From a virus (lineage: Duplodnaviria > Heunggongvirae > Uroviricota > Caudoviricetes), in the IMG/VR virus record IMGVR_UViG_2917413769_000009, positions 1-44,211 of that record: DNA of 44,211 bases; one strand, given 5' to 3'. Positions 1 to 10,487 of this stretch are shown piece after piece. Position 1 is the first letter of the stretch. Every line of letters starts with the position of its first letter. The notes below the pieces were generated by a model, which was not told where the DNA came from, did no database searches, and worked only from the letters and a program-made list of their open reading frames with translations. A program made the translations under genes and the position numbers.

Positions 1-1929
1 TTATTCCTCCAATTGTTTAAGACTGCGGCTGCGAATCTCTTGTTGCAGCTTCTCGATCACTTCATTTACGTCCATGCTTCCCAGGTCTTTACCACGGCGG
101 GTGCGAACGGCAACTTTGCCAGATTCCACCTCTTTATCACCACAGACCAGCATATATGGGACGCGACGCAAAGTGTGCTCGCGGATTTTAAAGCCAATCT
201 TCTCATTTCTCAAGTCTGCTTTAACACGAATGCCCGCATTTGATAGTTTTTGCGTCAATTCGTTAACGTATTCAGACTGTGAATCCGTAATGTTCATGAT
301 AACAACCTGAACCGGCGCAAGCCAGGTCGGGAAGAAACCAGCGAACTCTTCGGTCAGGATACCGATGAAACGTTCCATCGACCCAAGAATTGCACGGTGA
401 ATCATTACCGGAACCTTACGCTCGTTGTCTTCGCCTACATAGGAAGCGCTCAGACGAGACGGTAAGGAGAAGTCCAGCTGTACTGTACCGCACTGCCATG
501 CACGATCGAGGCAGTCATACAGGGTAAATTCAATTTTCGGACCGTAGAACGCGCCTTCACCCAGTTGATACTCAAACGGGATGTTGTTTTCTTCCAGCGC
601 AACTGCCAGGTCCGCCTCAGCACGATCCCACATTTCGTCACTGCCAATACGTTTTTCAGGACGAGTGGAAAGCTTGACCACGATCTTCTCGAAGCCAAAA
701 GTGCTGTACATATCATAGACTAAACGGATACATCCGTTAACTTCATCGCGAATTTGTTCTTCAGTACAGAAGATATGCGCGTCATCCTGGGTAAAACCAC
801 GCACGCGCATCAGGCCGTGCAGGGATCCTGACGGCTCGTTACGGTGGCAGCTACCGAACTCGGCCATACGCAGCGGCAGATCGCGATACGACTTCAGCCC
901 CTGGTTAAAGATTTGTACGTGACCCGGACAGTTCATCGGCTTAATGCAGTATTCACGGTTCTCAGAAGAGGTGGTGAACATTGCATCTTTATAGTTTTCC
1001 CAGTGACCGGTTTTTTCCCACAGGACGCGGTCCATCATAAACGGGCCTTTAACTTCCTGATACTGGTACTCTTTCAGTTTAGAGCGAACGAACACTTCCA
1101 GTTCACGGAAGATGGTCCAGCCGTCATTATGCCAGAACACCATACCCGGCGCTTCTTCCTGCATATGGTACAGGTCGAGCTGTTTACCGATTTTACGGTG
1201 GTCGCGTTTAGCGGCTTCTTCCAGACGCTGCAGATACGCGTTGAGGGCTTTTTTATCTGCCCACGCAGTACCATAAATACGTTGCAACATTTTGTTGTTG
1301 CTGTCGCCGCGCCAGTAGGCCCCTGCCGTTTTCATCAGTTTGAAATGGTGGCAGAAACGCATATTCGGTACGTGCGGACCGCGGCACATATCGACATATT
1401 CTTCGTGGAAATAGAGGCCAGGCTGGTCATCATGGGCGATGTTTTCGTCCAGGATGGAGACTTTATAGCTCTCGCCGCGTTTAACGAACGTTTCACGCGC
1501 TTCGTGCCAGCTGACTTTCTTCTTAATGACGTCGTAGTTTTTCTCAGCAAGCTCATGCATCCGCTTCTCGAGTGCTTCGACATCTTCCTGGGTTAACGTG
1601 CGGTCAAGATCAACGTCGTAATAGAAACCGTTGTCAATAACCGGGCCGATTGCCATTTTGGTATGCGGCCAAAGTTGTTTAATTGCGTGCCCTAACAGGT
1701 GCGCACAGGAGTGACGAATGATCTCCAGACCTTCTTCGTCTTTAGCGGTAATGATCGCCAGTTTAGCGTCGTTTTCAATCAAATCGCACGCATCTACCAG
1801 TTCGCCATTAACGCGCCCTGCGATACAGGCTTTCGCCAGACCTGGACCAATGTCCAGCGCAACATCCATGGGGCTTACAGCGTGGTCGTAATGGCGTTGG
1901 CTGCCATCAGGAAGAGTAATAACAGGCAT
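1..1929 (-). CDS. thrS: threonine--tRNA ligase (ThrRS)
   Basis: 642-aa ORF, complete (stop at 1-3, ATG at 1927-1929). Translation [16 protein letters not shown]...[10 protein letters not shown] matches the E. coli ThrRS sequence as I recall it over its full length. Confidence 0.97.
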   Translation of the reverse strand: MPVITLPDGSQRHYDHAVSPMDVALDIGPGLAKACIAGRVNGELVDACDLIENDAKLAIITAKDEEGLEIIRHSCAHLLGHAIKQLWPHTKMAIGPVIDNGFYYDVDLDRTLTQEDVEALEKRMHELAEKNYDVIKKKVSWHEARETFVKRGESYKVSILDENIAHDDQPGLYFHEEYVDMCRGPHVPNMRFCHHFKLMKTAGAYWRGDSNNKMLQRIYGTAWADKKALNAYLQRLEEAAKRDHRKIGKQLDLYHMQEEAPGMVFWHNDGWTIFRELEVFVRSKLKEYQYQEVKGPFMMDRVLWEKTGHWENYKDAMFTTSSENREYCIKPMNCPGHVQIFNQGLKSYRDLPLRMAEFGSCHRNEPSGSLHGLMRVRGFTQDDAHIFCTEEQIRDEVNGCIRLVYDMYSTFGFEKIVVKLSTRPEKRIGSDEMWDRAEADLAVALEENNIPFEYQLGEGAFYGPKIEFTLYDCLDRAWQCGTVQLDFSLPSRLSASYVGEDNERKVPVMIHRAILGSMERFIGILTEEFAGFFPTWLAPVQVVIMNITDSQSEYVNELTQKLSNAGIRVKADLRNEKIGFKIREHTLRRVPYMLVCGDKEVESGKVAVRTRRGKDLGSMDVNEVIEKLQQEIRSRSLKQLEE

Positions 1930-2100
1930 GTTATATCCTTATTTGCAGTGGTGACCCACACGAAAGATCACATACAAAGAGAAAATTTGTTTGTTTTCAA
2001 TTCATTGCGCATCCATCTAGCCAACAGTCGCTAAATTGGTACACAATTTGGTACACAAATGAAAAATCGACACAGCAAGTTTTTCACCCAGTAAAATCAT
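1930..2100 (-). promoter_or_regulatory. thrS 5' leader / translational operator and promoter region (approximate extent)
   Basis: Immediately upstream of the thrS ATG; E. coli thrS is known to be autoregulated through a structured leader of about 160 nt. Boundaries were not determined from the sequence. Confidence 0.35.
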
Positions 2101-2514
2101 GGTAACACTAAAAAAGTAGTGATTGCACTATCTCTGTTTGACATTGACTAACATTGTCATCGCTTCAATGAAGTACATCGTCTAACCAGGCTGTTTTAGT
2201 TGATAATTGTGACTTTATATCGCTGATTGTTGGTACAAACGGAAAAGGAATGAGACAAAAAATAACACTATTTATTCATCGAATTAATGGTAACCACAAA
2301 TTAATACAGATGCACACCATCCGAACCTAAAGAAAGATAAGCGGAAGGTTTCCTGATAGTGCCGCCAGCACCTGACAATGATCTAGTTAATTCTCACGAC
2401 TAGCGACTACTAGCACTGTCGGCATATAAAGCTCACCAGGGTATGAGGTCAGATGATGGAGAAAAGAGGCTGAGGTGATAGTTGCCGATGATACAATATC
2501 GGCAACGTGCTTTT

Positions 2515-2808
2515 TCACCCACAATTAACTAACCGCCAGACCAGCAGACATGCCACCACCGGCACAGCAAAATCCATCAGGCTTGCCACATCCCAAGCGC
2601 GCGGATCAAAACCGCCCCACCACGGCATATTCATACGCTTGCCATGCCCGAACATTTCAATCCAGCGATATTCTGCCTGGGTGTGTTCACGCGCAATGAA
2701 GAACGTACAACCGGCTATAGCACCGTAAGCCCAGTTTCCGGTAAAAAGACCAATCAGTAACTGCGCAGCCACAGCACAAAGCGCATGAAGGAAAGGTGTT
2801 ATATCCAT
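2515..2808 (-). CDS. small predicted membrane protein (97 aa), last gene of the tail-fibre operon
   Basis: ORF with strong SD (AAGGAGG) 10 nt downstream of the preceding gene. Hydrophobic segments FLHALCAVAAQLLIGLFTG and LMDFAVPVVACLLVWRLV. No recognised family. Confidence 0.5.
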   Translation of the reverse strand: MDITPFLHALCAVAAQLLIGLFTGNWAYGAIAGCTFFIAREHTQAEYRWIEMFGHGKRMNMPWWGGFDPRAWDVASLMDFAVPVVACLLVWRLVNCG

Positions 2809-2818
2809 TACTCCTCCT

Positions 2819-3523
2819 TTATCCGATATCGCTTCGGGAAGTTGATAACAACTTTAATTCTGACTCAAGTTCATCAACTCTTTCAGTCAGTTTCTGGATA
2901 TGGTGAATCAGTGGAACAACCAGACGTTCGTACATTACACCTTCGGCAACAAGGCCATTGCTGGAAATAGCTTCAGGAGCATCATTCTCGTTAGCTGGTC
3001 GCCAGTGTACAAACTGAGGGGCAATTTCTCCTAATTCCTCGGCAATCAACCCGTAGAATCCCCAGTCACGCCTGTCATTTTCGCATTGCGACCTGTACCA
3101 CACAGGGCGCATCTTGAAAATGAGATCGGCGTGCTCTGAATCTATCGTCTCTACTGAATGTTTATAGCGAATAGACGATGTTGACCGCAGTACAGACGAA
3201 ATTGCGGGGTCAGGATTAAGATAAAGGTTTGCCGCCGCTGTAGTCGTGGCCAAATTCCATAAATAAAACGCTTCTCGACCTGTCAGCGGGTAAAAATCAC
3301 CGCCATAACGACCGCTTTCCAGATCGTTCGCTTCCACTTTGTTTTTCAGCTTATTATCAACTTCAGTTTTTGTGTATCTGGTGCTGATATCCTGCTTTGC
3401 ACTGGTCATATCAATCTGAAGCGTTGATACTTTTCCGTTAATTGAGGAAATATCTTCCTTAGTTTTACTGACATCTCCCTTTAGCGTGGTGATATCTCCT
3501 GGAATTACTGTCGATGTAGCCAT
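2819..3523 (-). CDS. tail-fibre-like protein with N-terminal coiled coil and C-terminal intramolecular chaperone (peptidase S74-like) domain
   Basis: 234-aa ORF with SD GAGGAAG. C-terminal segment SIRYKHSVE...GFYGLIAEELGEIAPQFV...YERLVVPLIHHIQKLTERVDELESELKLL follows the pattern of auto-cleaving chaperone domains of tailspikes/fibres (GxIAQE-like motif followed by a coiled coil). Confidence 0.6.
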   Translation of the reverse strand: MATSTVIPGDITTLKGDVSKTKEDISSINGKVSTLQIDMTSAKQDISTRYTKTEVDNKLKNKVEANDLESGRYGGDFYPLTGREAFYLWNLATTTAAANLYLNPDPAISSVLRSTSSIRYKHSVETIDSEHADLIFKMRPVWYRSQCENDRRDWGFYGLIAEELGEIAPQFVHWRPANENDAPEAISSNGLVAEGVMYERLVVPLIHHIQKLTERVDELESELKLLSTSRSDIG

Positions 3524-3532
3524 TTTTCTTCC

Positions 3533-3814
3533 TCACATCCAGCCACGAAGTTGATGCTCAACAGCAACCGCGTATTCATCGAATAATGACGATATTTGCG
3601 AATCATTAATGATGCGCACGTTTACAAAATATCCGTCTTCCTTAACACATACCGGTTCGCCATCTTCAGTCAGTTCTCCGGTTTCTTTGTACACGTTACC
3701 TATCACGTCAATAAGAATATCATCCTGCATCGTCTCGTCGTCATAATAGCCAGTGCTATCCATAAAGGCCGAAAAGTCGGCCCTGTCTGCAAATTTGAGT
3801 GTTAAATCTTTCAT
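3533..3814 (-). CDS. hypothetical acidic protein (93 aa), translationally coupled to stf; possible fibre assembly factor
   Basis: ATG at 3812-3814 overlaps the stf stop (ATGA overlap). Acidic composition, no recognised motif. Confidence 0.5.
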   Translation of the reverse strand: MKDLTLKFADRADFSAFMDSTGYYDDETMQDDILIDVIGNVYKETGELTEDGEPVCVKEDGYFVNVRIINDSQISSLFDEYAVAVEHQLRGWM

Positions 3815-6213
3815 TTAATACTCTCCCCCATTTGTGCCTCAGTTAATTCTTTATGCCAAATGCGTAAATTTTTCACATGACCGAACAGGTGTCTGTTGCC
3901 ACTGGATGATTGTCCACCGATATTAATATTACCGGCAGTATAACGTTGCAATGTATGCAGAGACGGGGAGCTGCTACCTAAAATTCCATCAACAACAACC
4001 TGCAACTGTTTATCTTCTGTAAACTTAAAGCCAGTAACAAATTTCCTTTTCTCTCTATTCCCATATGCTTTATATTCTGTTTTTGTTCCTTTGCCATTGG
4101 TGATAATTAGCCTTTTACCACGAGTGGTAAAACCAAAATACATATAACTTTCATCAGAAACTTCAGTCGTCGCCCCTGTAATTGAGATATTAAGCAAACG
4201 CGCAGAGCCTTCTAAATTAGGCATTTCAGAATCCCAATTAACATTAACTTCCATGAGAACACTAATTGGTGGAGTTGCCCAGTTGAAAGGTATAGGTATG
4301 ATTACCTGGTCACTTGCTCTCGTGGCACCGACCTCTGTTGTGATGATAAAAGATGAGGCGTTTAGTCCCTTTTCGAATTGAGGGGTTGTTAACATTAATT
4401 TATCGCCAGACTTGATTGATCGTTGATGTGCTCCAAACTCAAAACGCCCATACATATTTTTGGCTTCTGGTGATTTGTAGGTAAACTCAACACGAATCCA
4501 TCCATTAGACTCTCTGAATATGTTATAAGTTGCCGCCTCACCTCCAGAATAACTCAACATATCGCCAGTCTCGCAATCAATATATGCGCCAGCGGTCAGT
4601 GTGTTACTTGAGCCATCGTCGTTAACATATGATATTCTTGGACGCAACGTGATAATACCATCCCCACTTACTTTTTTAACTCTGCAGGATAAAGTAACTG
4701 ATTCATTTGCCGAAACTGAAATAACCCTGGTATATCCAGTAGAAATTAATGTCGCCCTTTCAGTTGTGGATGTTTCTTTAACGCCAAACAAACCATAACT
4801 GAAACCATACTCATCAACTCCCGTGGTAATAGTTAAGTTAGCAGTGTCATAGTTCCACGATGCTGGTGTATTCGTATAAGAAAAAGTATTCGTTCTCTGA
4901 CCTTCAATGAGCAGACCATCTTTTTCAAAACGTGGTTCATTTATCACTGATTCAGCAAAACACCCAGACTTATCTATATACGTTGCAGTTGACGCCCTGG
5001 TAAATGAAACAACCTTTTCAGACGGCAATGTAATAACATCGTCACCAACTGTGATGCTCTTATACCCAGGAGCAAACCCGGTAATCATATCCAGTGAATC
5101 GTTAAACGGTATCCACACATCAGGCAGCGGCTGTAAGACATATTTATACGGCTCTGCTGCCTGGCTTGCATACTCTCTGGCTGCGTCTTCACTTTCTTTA
5201 GCTGCCGTCTGGCTTGCAGCGGATGCTTTCGCCGAGTTCGCCGCTGCAGTCTCGCTTGTCTTTGCATTGGTTTCACTGGTTTTTGCTGCTTTTTGGCTGT
5301 TGGCTGATGCAGTGGCAGAAGCAGCCGCCGCGCTTGCAGAACCAGCTGCGGCACTCTCGCTTTGGGCTGCTGCATCCTGACTGTTTTTCGCCGCAGTTTC
5401 GCTGGCTTTGGCATTTGTTTCGCTGGTCTTCGCTGCCGCCTGGCTGGACTTTGCGTTTGTTTCGCTCGTTTTCGCGGCTTTCTGGCTGTTAGCCGCAGCT
5501 GTTGCTGATCCAGCTGCTGAAGTCGCCGAACCAGCTGCAGCATTCTCGCTTTCGGCTGCTGCATCCTGACTGCTTTTCGCCGCAGTTTCACTGGCTTTGG
5601 CATTTGTTTCGCTGGTCTTCGCTGCCGTCTGGCTGGACTTTGCGTTGGTTTCGCTCGTCTTTGCGGCTGTCTCGCTGTTTTTCGCGTTGGTTTCTGATTT
5701 TTTGGCTGCTGTCGCGGAGTTTGCCGATGCAGTCTGTGAGGTCGCTGCCGCCTGTGCGCTGTTAGCTGCATTCGTTTCTGAGGTTTTCGCCGCATTTTTC
5801 GATGATGCCGCTGCAGTTTCGGATTTCTTTGCCGCCGCTGCGCTCTGAGAGGCGGCTTCGGCGTTGCGTGCCGCTTCTTCCACCATTTCCTCAAAACGAC
5901 GCAATGCCTCAGGCATGACATCATCTTCCGTCATGGCACCGAGAAAATCATTCAGCGTACCTGGTCTGGAACCTTCATAGACGGTAATGATCCCGGCATG
6001 TGAAGGCGGAAAACCTTCAACCAGCAGGGTGACGCTGTACTGGCCATACTCAACATCCATGCTGTAACGCCCGGCTTCATCCGGATTTTCAGAGGCTACC
6101 GTGTTCACCAGTACCGTGGTGCTGTTACGCTTTGCCTTCAGTTGAATAGTGCAGTTCTGTATTGGTTTTCCCGCACCATCTTTCAGCACACCTGAGATTT
6201 TTACTGCTGCCAT
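3811..6213 (-). CDS. stf: side tail fibre protein (lambda Stf-like N-terminus, Ala/Ser/Thr-rich repeat shaft, LamG/ConA-like C-terminal domain)
   Basis: N-terminus MAAVKISGVLKDGAGKPIQNCTIQLKA...YSMDVEYGQYSV matches lambda Stf as recalled; start set at the ATG at 6213 (the ORF track starts at a GTG two codons upstream). C-terminus ...HLFGHVKNLRIWHKELTEAQM resembles the end of LamG-type jelly-roll domains. Confidence 0.85.
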   Translation of the reverse strand: MAAVKISGVLKDGAGKPIQNCTIQLKAKRNSTTVLVNTVASENPDEAGRYSMDVEYGQYSVTLLVEGFPPSHAGIITVYEGSRPGTLNDFLGAMTEDDVMPEALRRFEEMVEEAARNAEAASQSAAAAKKSETAAASSKNAAKTSETNAANSAQAAATSQTASANSATAAKKSETNAKNSETAAKTSETNAKSSQTAAKTSETNAKASETAAKSSQDAAAESENAAAGSATSAAGSATAAANSQKAAKTSETNAKSSQAAAKTSETNAKASETAAKNSQDAAAQSESAAAGSASAAAASATASANSQKAAKTSETNAKTSETAAANSAKASAASQTAAKESEDAAREYASQAAEPYKYVLQPLPDVWIPFNDSLDMITGFAPGYKSITVGDDVITLPSEKVVSFTRASTATYIDKSGCFAESVINEPRFEKDGLLIEGQRTNTFSYTNTPASWNYDTANLTITTGVDEYGFSYGLFGVKETSTTERATLISTGYTRVISVSANESVTLSCRVKKVSGDGIITLRPRISYVNDDGSSNTLTAGAYIDCETGDMLSYSGGEAATYNIFRESNGWIRVEFTYKSPEAKNMYGRFEFGAHQRSIKSGDKLMLTTPQFEKGLNASSFIITTEVGATRASDQVIIPIPFNWATPPISVLMEVNVNWDSEMPNLEGSARLLNISITGATTEVSDESYMYFGFTTRGKRLIITNGKGTKTEYKAYGNREKRKFVTGFKFTEDKQLQVVVDGILGSSSPSLHTLQRYTAGNINIGGQSSSGNRHLFGHVKNLRIWHKELTEAQMGESIK
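5200..5880. repeat. tandem imperfect coding repeats within the stf shaft
   Basis: Two near-identical blocks at about 5365-5480 and 5560-5680, giving the duplicated protein blocks AAKTSETNAKSSQ...AAKTSETNAKASETAAK(S/N)SQDAAA(E/Q)SE(N/S)AAAGSA. They generate long spurious ORFs on both strands. Confidence 0.7.
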
Positions 6214-6224
6214 ATCCACTCCAC

Positions 6225-6250
6225 AAAAAAGCCCGCCTGAACCGGCGGGC
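6225..6250 (-). terminator. rho-independent terminator-like hairpin downstream of lom
   Basis: Plus-strand GCCCGCC-TGAACC-GGCGGGC (6231-6250) preceded by A6 (6225-6230), i.e. hairpin followed by U6 on the minus-strand transcript. Confidence 0.55.
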
Positions 6251-6277
6251 TGTCATAACACTGTGTTACCTGGCTAA

Positions 6278-6877
6278 TCAGAATTTATAACCGACACCCA
6301 CGATGAAACCGTCAGTGCGCCAGTCGCCACTGCCGGAACCTTCATAAGCAAGGTCAATGGCCATGGATTCGGTCGGGTTAAACTGCACGCCAGCCCCCCA
6401 CGCCAGAGACGTGTTGCTGTGGCGACCGCCATCACTTCCGGTCAGCACATCGTGCGTTTTCCCCTTGTTGTCAGTTACGCGGAGATAATCCCCGGAGAAC
6501 GTCGAAACACGGCTGTAAGCCACACCCGCCATCGCATAAGCACTGAACCATTCATTCACGCGTACAGACGGCCCCGCCATCACGCTGAACCAGCGGTTAC
6601 GCACTGAATCTTCATGCCAGCGGGTATCGCTGTAACGGGTAATCTGGCGATTCTTGTCTCCTGCATAGCTGAATGACGTCACCAGCCCCAGCGTGTCCGT
6701 AAATTCATAACGGTATTTCACGTTAATGCCCTTCAGGTCATCGTTGCCGGGCATATCAGTATGGGACTGAAGATACCCGCCGCTTAGAGTGGACTGATGC
6801 TCTGCTGCACTCGCTGGCGTACCAGCGGCGACCAGCCAGACTACTGCAGACAGAATAACAGCACATAATTTACGCAT
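6278..6877 (-). CDS. lom: Lom/Ail/PagC-family outer-membrane beta-barrel protein
   Basis: 199 aa with signal peptide [24 protein letters not shown], alternating beta-strand pattern and C-terminal ...GVGYKF. Sits in the lambda lom position between J and stf. Confidence 0.9.
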   Translation of the reverse strand: MRKLCAVILSAVVWLVAAGTPASAAEHQSTLSGGYLQSHTDMPGNDDLKGINVKYRYEFTDTLGLVTSFSYAGDKNRQITRYSDTRWHEDSVRNRWFSVMAGPSVRVNEWFSAYAMAGVAYSRVSTFSGDYLRVTDNKGKTHDVLTGSDGGRHSNTSLAWGAGVQFNPTESMAIDLAYEGSGSGDWRTDGFIVGVGYKF

Positions 6878-6944
6878 AATTACCTCTCGCTTTTCTGCAA
6901 TAAAAAAGGCGCCATTTCTGGCGCCCGTATTGGGGTTATAAAAT

Positions 6945-9900
6945 TCAACTGATACTGATACCGGCTGTTGATTTCTTCATCACGACAACAAGAAGGTCGC
7001 TGATACTGGTCGTTGGCGTCCAGTTATTAGCACCATATGAAGAAACATTGAAAGTCAGGGTGACATGACCGTGTCCGGCAGGCATATCAATGACGGATGA
7101 AAATACCCTGCTGACATCCGTCGCGGGTTGCTGAAAGATTTCCTGTCCGTTCTTCAGCACCTGCAGCTTACAGGTTGAATACCAGTATGACTGTTGGTTG
7201 TTGCTGTTGAAGTTTTCATGCTTACCACCGCGAAACAGAACAGGTGGGATTACTATCTGACGGTCAAAAGCCTGGTCATCGTACACCGTGACCGTTATTG
7301 TACCGCTGGCATAACTGCTATTTCTCGGAAAGGCTTTTCCCACCGTTTTGACAATATCACCTTCAATCTGGTTGGCAGACAGTTTTCCCAGAATCTGACA
7401 GTTCTGGTTAATCGTGACATTATTGAGCGTCCCGGAGTTCGCATTCACGTTACCGCTGATATCGGCATTTTTCGCCGTCAGCCGCCCGTCCGGTGTCAGG
7501 GAAAATACCGGAGGATTGCCGCCGCTGGTAATGGTGGGAGCCGTCAGATATTTCAGGAACACTTCATTCATAAATATCTGATCGCCCTGACCAACAAACA
7601 TCGGCTTTGTGTTGCCATTCGCAGGATTAATCATCGCAATCCTGTCCGCCGCCAGCAGCACCTGACTCTGCATACCGTCAGGGGTGTTCTCAATACCGGC
7701 ACCAATACCCGCGATATAAAGGCGTCCGTCCTGCATCTGCTGCAGCTTCACAGCCCACATGCTGTTCAGGTTATTATTTGTATCAACCTGAACCTTCTGT
7801 ATCTGCAGGATTGCCGCACTCTGGTCTTCCAGTTTCTTATTGACGGTCTGCGTGATTTCATTGCTGACATCCGTAATGGACATCCTGATTTCAGCCAGGT
7901 CAGGCGCAAGCTGACCATTATCAATCTGCGTCCACAGCTCCTGAGCCAGATGGGTTTTCCCTATCTCTCCTTTGAAAAAATCCAGATAGCCGGATGCATC
8001 ATCACTCGGCTGGCCAACAGCCTCCACAAATGCCGATTTGCCAACGGTGTTCACACTGCGAACGTAAAAATAATAATCATGGCCCGGTTTGATATTGATA
8101 CTGGCGGCTATCCAGTACAGCGCCGTGCCAAGATAGCGGGCTGTGGTTTCAACCTGCCTGATATCGGTAATCCGCTTTTCCGAGAACCAGAATTCAAACT
8201 GTACCGTCGGGTCATAAACGGCAAGATGCGGCGTTGCGGTTATCTGAAAATAGCCCGGCGTCAGATCAATCCTCGACGGTGCTGCCGGTGCGGCAATCCG
8301 GAACGATACCGACGCCGGATCGCCCTGCTGCCCCCACGCATTTACCGCCCGGACTGTCAGCCTGTAGTTCCCCAGCGCCAGTTGCGTGAAGCGGTATGTG
8401 GTTTCCGTCGTCCGGGCCGTGCTGACCAGCCGCTCACTGCCGTCGTCCGCTGTTACGGTCAGACGGAGCAGGAAGCTCACGCCCTTCACCACCTTCGGTG
8501 TGTCCCATCGCGCCAGCACCTGATATTCCCCGCTGTCTGCAGTGACTTCTGCGGTCAGGTGCTGCACCGCTGGCGGCGTGACACCATTCACCGTGCCACT
8601 CTGGTCGCCGTCAAAGTGCGCCCCGTTATCCACGATGGCTTCTTTTTCCGGTACATGCTGCACGGCGGTGATGGCATACGTGCCGTCGTCGTTCTCACGG
8701 ATACTCACGCAGCGGAACAGGCGCTGGCGCAGCGTCGGCAGCTTCAGCCCCCATACGCTGTATTCAGCAACACCGTCAGGAACACGGCTCACTTTTACCT
8801 TCACGCCGTCGGTGACGGACTGAACCTCCACGCTGACCGGATTGCCACTTCCGTCAACCAGGCTTATCAGCGTGGTACCGGAGGATGGCAGCGTGATTTC
8901 ACGGTCGAGCGTCAGCGTCCGGGTCTGGCTGTTCACCGCCAGCACGCGACCACCGATGCTGATACCGGCATAGTCATCATCACAGATTTCAATGACATCG
9001 CCCGGTACATGGCGAAGCCCTTCTGCGCCCACGCTGAAGTCCACGGTCTGTGTCTCCAGCAGCTCCGTTTTAATCAGCCACAGCCCGGCGCGGTGTGCCT
9101 GCCCCCGGCTGGTACAGCCAAAGGCATCCATTTTCGTGACGTTACGACCGTAACGGAGAATGGCCTGCGTGTCCTCCACAAGCTCTGTTGCCGTCTCCCA
9201 GCCGTTATCCGGGTCAATCCAGTTCACTTCAACGGCATTATGGCGGTCCTTCAGGGCGCTGAAGCTGTAGCGGAACGGCGCACCATCATCCGGCATCACC
9301 ACATTACTGCGGTTATAGGTCCATACCTTATCCGACGGTCGGTCCTGCACGAACGTCAGCGTCTGCCCGTTCCATACCGGCATACAGCGCATCGCCGAGC
9401 AGAAATCACTGAGAACATCCCACGCCTTACGCTGTGTGGTCAGGTAAGCGTTACAGGTGATGCGCGGCTCCGTGCCGCCAAAACCGTCCGGCACCGACTG
9501 GTCGCAATACTGGCCGATGACATACAGCGCCCATTTGTCCACATCCGCCGCACCAAGACGTTTCCCCATGCCGTAGCGCGGGTGGGTCAGCATATCCCAC
9601 AGACACCAGGCCATGTTGTTGCTGTATGCTGGCTTAAACGTTCCGTCCCAGATACCGCTGTATTGCCGCGTCTGCGGGTTATAGTTCGACGGCACCTGCA
9701 GAATGCGCCCGCGAAGATGATAATTACGACTCACCTGCTGGCTGCCGAACTGTTCCGAGTCCACCTGCACGCCGACCAGTGCCGTGTTCGGGTAGCACTG
9801 TTTCACATCGATGATTTCGGTGTATGACGACCAGAGCGTTTTGTTCTGCAGCTGGTCTGTGGTGCTGTCCGGCGTCATCCTGCGCATCCGGATATTAAAC

Positions 9901-10427
9901 GGGCGCGGCGGCAGGTTACCCACCACCACCGAGGCCAGATACTGCGAGGTGGTTTTGCCCTTAATGGTGATGTCTTTTTCCGTCACCCAGCCACCGTTAC
10001 GTTGTATCTGAACCAGCAGGCGGACTTCCGACGGATTCCTGTCACCCTTTGAGGTGGTTTCCACCAGTGCCTGCACACCGAAGGTAAAACGCAGACGATC
10101 GATGTTTGCAGACGTGATGGTCCGGGTGATCGGCGTGTCATATTTCACTTCCGTACCCAGCACCGTCTCGGAACCGGAGGATTCAAATCCCTCCGGCGGT
10201 GCCTGCTCCTGCTCACCTGCCCGGAACACCACCGTGACACCGGAGATGTTGGCATCCCCCTCACTGTCCAGCACCGGTGTACTGTTCAGCAGCACGCTTT
10301 TTAATCCATCCACCGGACCTTCAATCGGCCCTTCGCTGATGGCATCAATCACACTCAGTAACTGCGTGGATTTCAGGTTGTCCTTCGCTTCGCGCGGGGT
10401 ATGCCCCTTACTGCTGCCTTTACCCAT
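6945..10427 (-). CDS. J: tail tip host-specificity protein J
   Basis: 1160-aa [44 protein letters not shown]..., near-colinear with lambda J as recalled. Confidence 0.97.
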   Translation of the reverse strand: MGKGSSKGHTPREAKDNLKSTQLLSVIDAISEGPIEGPVDGLKSVLLNSTPVLDSEGDANISGVTVVFRAGEQEQAPPEGFESSGSETVLGTEVKYDTPITRTITSANIDRLRFTFGVQALVETTSKGDRNPSEVRLLVQIQRNGGWVTEKDITIKGKTTSQYLASVVVGNLPPRPFNIRMRRMTPDSTTDQLQNKTLWSSYTEIIDVKQCYPNTALVGVQVDSEQFGSQQVSRNYHLRGRILQVPSNYNPQTRQYSGIWDGTFKPAYSNNMAWCLWDMLTHPRYGMGKRLGAADVDKWALYVIGQYCDQSVPDGFGGTEPRITCNAYLTTQRKAWDVLSDFCSAMRCMPVWNGQTLTFVQDRPSDKVWTYNRSNVVMPDDGAPFRYSFSALKDRHNAVEVNWIDPDNGWETATELVEDTQAILRYGRNVTKMDAFGCTSRGQAHRAGLWLIKTELLETQTVDFSVGAEGLRHVPGDVIEICDDDYAGISIGGRVLAVNSQTRTLTLDREITLPSSGTTLISLVDGSGNPVSVEVQSVTDGVKVKVSRVPDGVAEYSVWGLKLPTLRQRLFRCVSIRENDDGTYAITAVQHVPEKEAIVDNGAHFDGDQSGTVNGVTPPAVQHLTAEVTADSGEYQVLARWDTPKVVKGVSFLLRLTVTADDGSERLVSTARTTETTYRFTQLALGNYRLTVRAVNAWGQQGDPASVSFRIAAPAAPSRIDLTPGYFQITATPHLAVYDPTVQFEFWFSEKRITDIRQVETTARYLGTALYWIAASINIKPGHDYYFYVRSVNTVGKSAFVEAVGQPSDDASGYLDFFKGEIGKTHLAQELWTQIDNGQLAPDLAEIRMSITDVSNEITQTVNKKLEDQSAAILQIQKVQVDTNNNLNSMWAVKLQQMQDGRLYIAGIGAGIENTPDGMQSQVLLAADRIAMINPANGNTKPMFVGQGDQIFMNEVFLKYLTAPTITSGGNPPVFSLTPDGRLTAKNADISGNVNANSGTLNNVTINQNCQILGKLSANQIEGDIVKTVGKAFPRNSSYASGTITVTVYDDQAFDRQIVIPPVLFRGGKHENFNSNNQQSYWYSTCKLQVLKNGQEIFQQPATDVSRVFSSVIDMPAGHGHVTLTFNVSSYGANNWTPTTSISDLLVVVMKKSTAGISIS

Positions 10428-10487
10428 TCGTCATGCTCCATAAACGACAAAACCGCCCGCAGGCGGTTTCACATAAAACATTCTGCA

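Noticed and set aside
844-1596. 250-aa plus-strand ORF
   Set aside because: Antisense within thrS; no start context.
2110-2510. tRNA gene or recognisable att core at the prophage boundary
   Set aside because: No cloverleaf-compatible sequence or duplicated core was identified by eye; the other prophage end is outside the window.
5200-5880. Possible CRISPR array suggested by repeated sequence
   Set aside because: The repeats are long, imperfect, in-frame coding repeats of the fibre shaft without short unique spacers; no cas genes.
4907-5924. Several 80-280-aa ORFs on both strands within 4907-5924
   Set aside because: They lie inside the stf tandem-repeat region; low-complexity translations (poly-Arg/Gln or poly-Ala/Leu) produced by the repeats.
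7194-9827. 877-aa ORF on the plus strand
   Set aside because: Antisense to the well-supported J gene; Arg/His/Cys-rich translation with no protein-like features.
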